NCBI GenBank assembly: GCA_964035545.1
Contig: OZ037768.1
Location: forward strand, 10,696,741-10,760,740
Origin: Bugula neritina
Lineage: Eukaryota; Animalia; Bryozoa
Reading direction: 5' to 3'
Length of the DNA: 64,000 nucleotides
The notes beneath the pieces were generated by a model. It was not told the origin of the DNA, did no database searches, and saw only the letters and a program-made list of their open reading frames with translations. The translations under genes and the position numbers were made by a program. Below are positions 58,901 to 64,000 of this stretch, in pieces (position 1 is the first letter of the stretch; each line of letters begins with the position of its first letter).

Positions 58901-59678
58901 ACTGTGGAATATGTGTAAGTATTGCAATAACCAGCTCAGCAAATATTGTGCTTAGAAATATCTGTATCTCAGCAGAAAAATGTGCTTCTTGAAATTATAG
59001 ATCTTTTGAAATTGTTATGGTTATAGTTTTATAAAGCTGGTAAGCATGTAATGTTACGTTGAAGGTTTATTTTTTTGTCATATTTATATTCAGCTTTTGC
59101 AGTTGGTATATTTTTGGCTTGGTTGCTACTTTGGTATTATAGCTACATTTTACTACAAAATCTCAACTTTTGTTGGTAGTCAAAGGAATTATGTGTTTGG
59201 TAAATATGTTATGTTATGTTTGTATCATATTTAATAAGAAAAAAGCATCTATTTTAACAAAATGCTTTGTTTCATTAATTATGCAAGTTGTGTAAAAAGA
59301 AAATTGAAAAAATATGTCAAATTTTCTTGATGCTGTTATATGGGTTCACAATGTGAATTTGCCACCTACATTATTAATATCTAAACGTATATGTATATAC
59401 AGTAGGTATCAGCAGTTGATACATATGTACATTATGTGTAGGTTCTGCTGTCTAACCTGTCTATTGTTTTAGGTCTCTCTATACATATGAGTTGATTAAA
59501 GATAGTCCCACTATGCTGCACTATATTAGCAATGTGAGTGGTATTTTGCCGACAACAACCCTCGTGACAATAGAAGGCTTGGAGGGGGATACTAGATATG
59601 TGTCTCGTGTGGTTGCACACAATGAGATTGGCCGCACGGCCGGCTTGTTCAACACACTACTGGAAACAGCCGAAACAC
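52976..59678 (+). CDS. Secreted or cell-surface protein, signal peptide-Ig-Ig(with Thr/Pro-rich insert)-FN3; 3'-incomplete (receptor PTP/RTK/adhesion-molecule-like ectodomain)
   Basis: Exons: 52976-53039 (MVTRTYSHSVIPFLIGLSWLF), 53383-53495 (..GSSFSLTCNL..), 53805-53921 (MEWSFGG), 54912-55040 (..AGKEYICGA..), 55367-55750 (GSDVELIC..VVWY..Thr-rich), 56633-56771 (..DMTDGGTYKC..LTVK), 58791-58914 (PSPPGTP..ITVSWSP..YTVEY), 59473-59678 (IEGLEGDTRYVSRVVAHNEIG). All GT-AG and in phase. The intracellular part is not in the window, so the family is unassigned. Confidence 0.85.
53530..53640. repeat. Degenerate short tandem repeat (CATAGTA..TTGTCAG, about 16-22 bp units)
   Basis: About six imperfect copies in an intron of the Ig-FN3 gene. 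Confidence 0.65.
56364..56471. repeat. 27-bp tandem repeat, 4 copies
   Basis: ACTTTRAATCYACTAGCTAGTTMTGTC-like units at 56364, 56391, 56418, 56445. Confidence 0.9.
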
Positions 59679-59801
59679 GTAATAACTTTTGTTGTTAGCA
59701 ATTTATCTAATATAAATATAGTCAAAAGTTGACAGTGATGGTCATGTAGTAAATATGTGATATTGGCATCTATCTGCTATTTGCTAATGATGACCTGCAA
59801 T

Positions 59802-62800
59802 AGACCATGTAAAACTCAGCCAATCAGCGAAGTGTACCAGGTCAATGTCTTACCATTGTAACTGATATAAAATTCTGCAAGTTCAATTGCAAAATGCATG
59901 CTTCTAAAAGCTAGTTGTGCAACTTTTTTTTCATGCATTATTTAATTTCATATCTTAAATTGATGACTCTTGAAATGAATTTTTAAAATGTCTAAATTAA
60001 ATGTTTATAAAATGCAATTAAAAATTTCATGTCTAGAAAAATGACCTGGTACACTTTTGCAACTTAAGGCCAATTATTACATAACTGCCAGCTTAGTAGT
60101 TATTTGTTGTTGCAGCTTGAATGGGTTATTGTTTAGCATTGGAAGCTTGCAGTAAACATCTGTGAATTTGGTACATGACTTTGATTGGCTGGTTTTTGAA
60201 TGGCCCTTTAGTATATGCATCTGGATGGCTAAGTAGTGTTGACTCCGCCTACATCTAGCTAATGTACAGTACCCAATCCACAGTAGTATTACAAAATTTC
60301 TGTTTAACAAATGAAATATTCTGGTCATTTGTCTTGTACTTTACAATAGTAAATATTCTATTCAACTAGAATTTTATTGTATGTGAGCCATGAGAACTAC
60401 TAAGAGGTTAAATCAACCACCCATGCTAGTAATATTGTAGCTCGCAGTAATAGCAAGTCCACACCATATAAATATACACATAAACTATTATGTGCAGCTT
60501 ATGAATGCTGAAATGACCCCATTTCTTACCTTCAATTTGAAAATAATTGTATTACATATTCTGCCACTTCTGCACCAGGAACTTGTTTTCCTTTTAAATT
60601 TTGAAAATAGTGGTCAGTTTCTGCAGCAGTCAACATCCACAATAAACAACGTAAGCTTTCAAATAAACTATAAATATATGAAATATTAGTGTGGAAACAA
60701 TGTAATTTATTCATTGCTATGATGAAAAATTATAAGAATATTATATAAAAGCTAGATATAGATTTCTAGTAAAATGGCACAGGTAAAAATAACACATTTT
60801 TACTTCAAATTCTAAATTTCATCAGTCACCAATGGTGGCTGTAGATTACAGAGAGCACAGCAAACTATCATAATCTTGTCTAATAGAGGTGCCAACACTA
60901 AGTTCACACCTCCAGGACCATTTAAAATATTGAACTCCTTTATTCTTTTGATTGCTCTTTTGACATGGATTCGAAGGTTAGCAATCAACTTTGTTTGCAG
61001 TAACTTAATTTAGAGATATAAAAAAGGCCAGCAAGCATTTGAAACTGTAAATATTGACGCAGCTTCATCAAAGCCAATAAAAGTTTATCTTGTCCTGTTA
61101 ACTTTTTTTCTGAAAGTGAGAACTTTCATCTTCGGACATATAAATCTAAATATAGTAAACAAAGAATGAAAATTAAATTATGATTCAAATTATAATGTAT
61201 GTGCTAAATAAATTTTGTGCTTAGTTTGTATTCATTCAGCAGTTTTTACCCTCTGGTAAGTAGCTTCAGTTATATTTTGCAAGAACTATGAAGTTCAAGA
61301 ACTGCTAGTTGAAGGCTTGACCCAATATATCACCATCCAAACAGAATGTAATGTGTGTCAACATGTGTTACATAATACTGTAACAGTACATAATAAGCTA
61401 GTTGTATGAATACATCCTTTGAATGAAGTCATGAGTTTAAACAAATACTGTGGACAAACAATTATTACTTCATTTTATAATTATACTATAACTAATTCAA
61501 ACCCAAATTATTTCTAGAATAGCATTTAATAATGCTTGTGAATAAGTGAAACTAGTAACAAGTGTAAACCATTTTAGTTTTAAACACTGAGTTAGTTTCA
61601 GCTAAAAATTAGATTAGGAGGCCACTTTTGATAAGCTTTAAAATAACCAAGGAAAATTTAAGTCAAAACAATTTACTTTTCCTGGAGAAAGTGAGTCAAT
61701 TTGTCCACAAATAAAAGACTGCTGCTTGTTTAAATAAAACCCTAAACTAAATAAATCAAAGCATGCAGATGACCACTGTGGTATTTATGAATATCTTACA
61801 TAAAACAACATCTTTAATAAGAAATGTATGAATGATACACTCATACTGCAACAAATTTAATTAAAATGACAGTTTTACTACACATCAAATTTAATCAATG
61901 TACAGATTTTAGCATAGTGAGACTTGCATTGTTTATTTGTAATAAACCATAGTCTATCTTTGCAATAAGAAAATCATAATTTTTACCTTGCTAAAAAATA
62001 GTATAGAGAACGTGTAGGAATTCCAGTATAGAATTTAGTTCGCTCATCTGTAGTGGTGAAAGTTTTAAAAACTTTTACTTTTTCAATAGTTGCTTTTTGT
62101 TTAAACGTGGAACTTTTTGAGCCTTTTCTTCCAACTTTTGATTTTCGTCTATCAATAGAATGTGCAGATCTTTTTTCTGAGTAGTTGATGATTCTGGTAA
62201 CTCAGTTACTTCTGATGAAGTCTGACTATGAGGATGGCTGTCAGATGAGTTCTGTTGCTCTATATCAGCTGACTCTGTTGAAGACGTTTTCTGTTCGCTT
62301 CTTTCACATGTTTCATTAAAACCACTGTTTTTTTGTGCGTCTTACATTATATGCTTTAGTGCATTGGTAACCCAAATGAAGGGTTGGAGTTGAATTTTGC
62401 TCAGTGGGCAGACTATCCTTATGATTATGATTATGATAGTCTGCTGTGCTCTCTGTAATCTACAGCCACCATTGGTGACTGATGAAATTTAGAATTTGAA
62501 GTAAAAATGTGTTATTTTTACCTGTGCCATTTTACTAGAAATCTATATCTAGCTTTTATATAATATTCTTGTAATTTTTTCATCATAGCAATGAATAAAT
62601 GACATTGTTTTCACACTAATATTTCATATATTTATAGTTTATTTGAAAGCTTACGTTGTTTATTGTGGATGTTGACTGCTGCAGAAACTGACCACTATTT
62701 TCAAAATTTAAAAGGAAAACAAGTTCCTGGTGCAGAAGTGGCAGAATATGTAATACAATTTTTTTCAAATAGAAGGTAAGAAATGGGGTCATTTCAGCAT

Positions 62801-63506
62801 TCATAAGCTGCACATAATAGCTTATAATGCGTATATTTATATGGTGTGGACTTGCTATTACTGCGAGCTACAATATTACTAGCATGGGTGGTTGATTTAA
62901 CCTCTTAGTAGTTCCCATGGCTCACATACAATAAAATTCTAGTTGAATAGAATATTTACTATTGTTAAGTACAAGACAAATGACCAGAATATTTCATTTG
63001 TTAAACAGAAATTTTGTAATACTACTGTGGATTGGGTACTGTACATTAGCTAGATGTAGGCGGAGTCTACACTACTTAGCCATCCGGATGCATATACTAA
63101 AGGGCCATTCAAAAACCAGCCAATCAAAGTCATGTACCAAATTCACAGATGTTTACTGCAAGCTTCCAATGCTAAACAATAACCCATTCAAGCTGCAACA
63201 ACAAATAGCTACTAAGCTGGCAGTTATGTAATAATTGGCCTTAAGTTGCAAAAGTGTACCAGGTCATTTTTCTAGACATGAAATTTTTAATTGCATTTTA
63301 TAAACACTTAATTTAGACATTTTAAAAATTCATTTCAAGAGTCATCAATTTAAGATATAAAATTAAATAATGCATGAAAAAAAAGTTGCACAACTAGCTT
63401 TTAGAAGCATGCATTTTGCAATTGAACTTGCAGAATTTTATATCAGTTACAATGGTAGAACATTGACCTGGTACACTTCGCTGATTGGCTGAGTTTTACA
63501 TGGTCT
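59802..63506 (-). mobile_element. Defective ISL2EU-like DNA transposon with about 1.08-kb inverted arms, in an intron of the Ig-FN3 gene
   Basis: Arms 59802-60875 and 62429-63506 are reverse complements with scattered mismatches and small indels; same AGACCATGTAA termini and AT flanks as the 25740-29290 element; decayed transposase on the minus strand. Confidence 0.9.
60812..62423 (-). pseudogene. Decayed THAP / DDE_Tnp_4 transposase, 5'-truncated
   Basis: Minus-strand remnants: HKDSLPTEQNSTPTLHLGY (end of a THAP-like domain, from 62423), TTDERTKFYTGIPTRSLYYF (about 62055-61995), and C-terminus IKLLQTKLIANLRIHVKRAIKRIKEFNILNGPGGVNLVLAPLLDKIMIVCCALCNLQPPLVTDEI* (61009-60812). Confidence 0.88.
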
Positions 63507-63763
63507 ATTTTGAGTATGTAAGTGATTTAACTTCATCTGCCAGCTTGTTGTGTAATGGTGTACTTGAACAGGAAGATGGCATGTTATGGAGTTTTAAAGT
63601 GACTGTTAAGTTTTTTTTATTTAATATGCATTTTACTTAGTAGATGTAGTCTGCGTTTAGTTGACCTAATTGCTGGGTACGTAGGATAGGCATGTGGATG
63701 TTTCCTGTAATCTGCTAATCAAAGACTCACTAGCCTATCTTCATACTGTTCAAATGGAAATCA

Positions 63764-63919
63764 TCTATAAGCAGCCCCAAGTTGGGGTGCCTGAGTGCAG
63801 TAGTTTTGGTTTGGAGTTGAAGTTGTGGGTTCAAAGCTCCAACCTAAACCGGTAACTTCAAACTCCAGAGTCCCAAAACTGCTGCACTCAGTCACCCCCA
63901 ACTTGGAGCTGCTTATAGA
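63764..63919. mobile_element. About 155-bp hairpin MITE-like element
   Basis: TCTATAAGCAGCCCCAAGTTGGGG..CTGAGTGCAGTAGTTTTGG pairs with CCAAAACTGCTGCACTCAG..CCCCAACTTGGAGCTGCTTATAGA; the interior also pairs (TGGAGTTGAAGTT / AACTTCAAACTCCA). Superfamily not assignable. Confidence 0.7.
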
Positions 63920-64000
63920 AATATTCATTCAAATTTGCTTCGACTTGATGCCAGTCAACAGTGTGAAGGGAGAGTGTGTGTTTGTGCTTATGTTACAAGT

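Noticed and set aside
60077-63231. Pairs of near-identical ORFs (60077/62962 and 60492/62616) suggesting duplicated genes
   Set aside because: They are the two arms of the inverted repeat; no recognisable domain.

Overview
AT-rich, intron-containing animal (invertebrate) genomic DNA; the taxon cannot be fixed from the sequence. Four genes were reconstructed exon by exon by hand: UBE2N/Ubc13 (minus, 151 aa), a ZNF608/ZNF609/brakeless-family co-regulator (minus, about 988 aa), TRIP4/ASC-1 (minus, 13 coding exons, about 550 aa, last intron 13.8 kb), and the 5' part of a signal peptide-Ig-Ig-FN3 protein (plus, head-to-head with TRIP4, running out of the window). Two related 3.6-3.7 kb defective ISL2EU-type (PIF/Harbinger-related) transposons sit in introns, with very long inverted arms. 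One appears to carry two 5' ends and the other two 3' ends. There are also two MITEs, a G-run minisatellite and a (GA)99 tract. Main observations: (1) ordered, cryptically 3/6-nt periodic tracts in the first introns just downstream of the promoters; (2) TRIP4-to-ZNF608/609 tandem linkage as in human, with an oversized last TRIP4 intron; (3) the foldback transposon architecture; (4) a Cys-flanked mucin-like loop inside an Ig domain; (5) two GC-AG introns. All alignments were done by eye and no database search was run.
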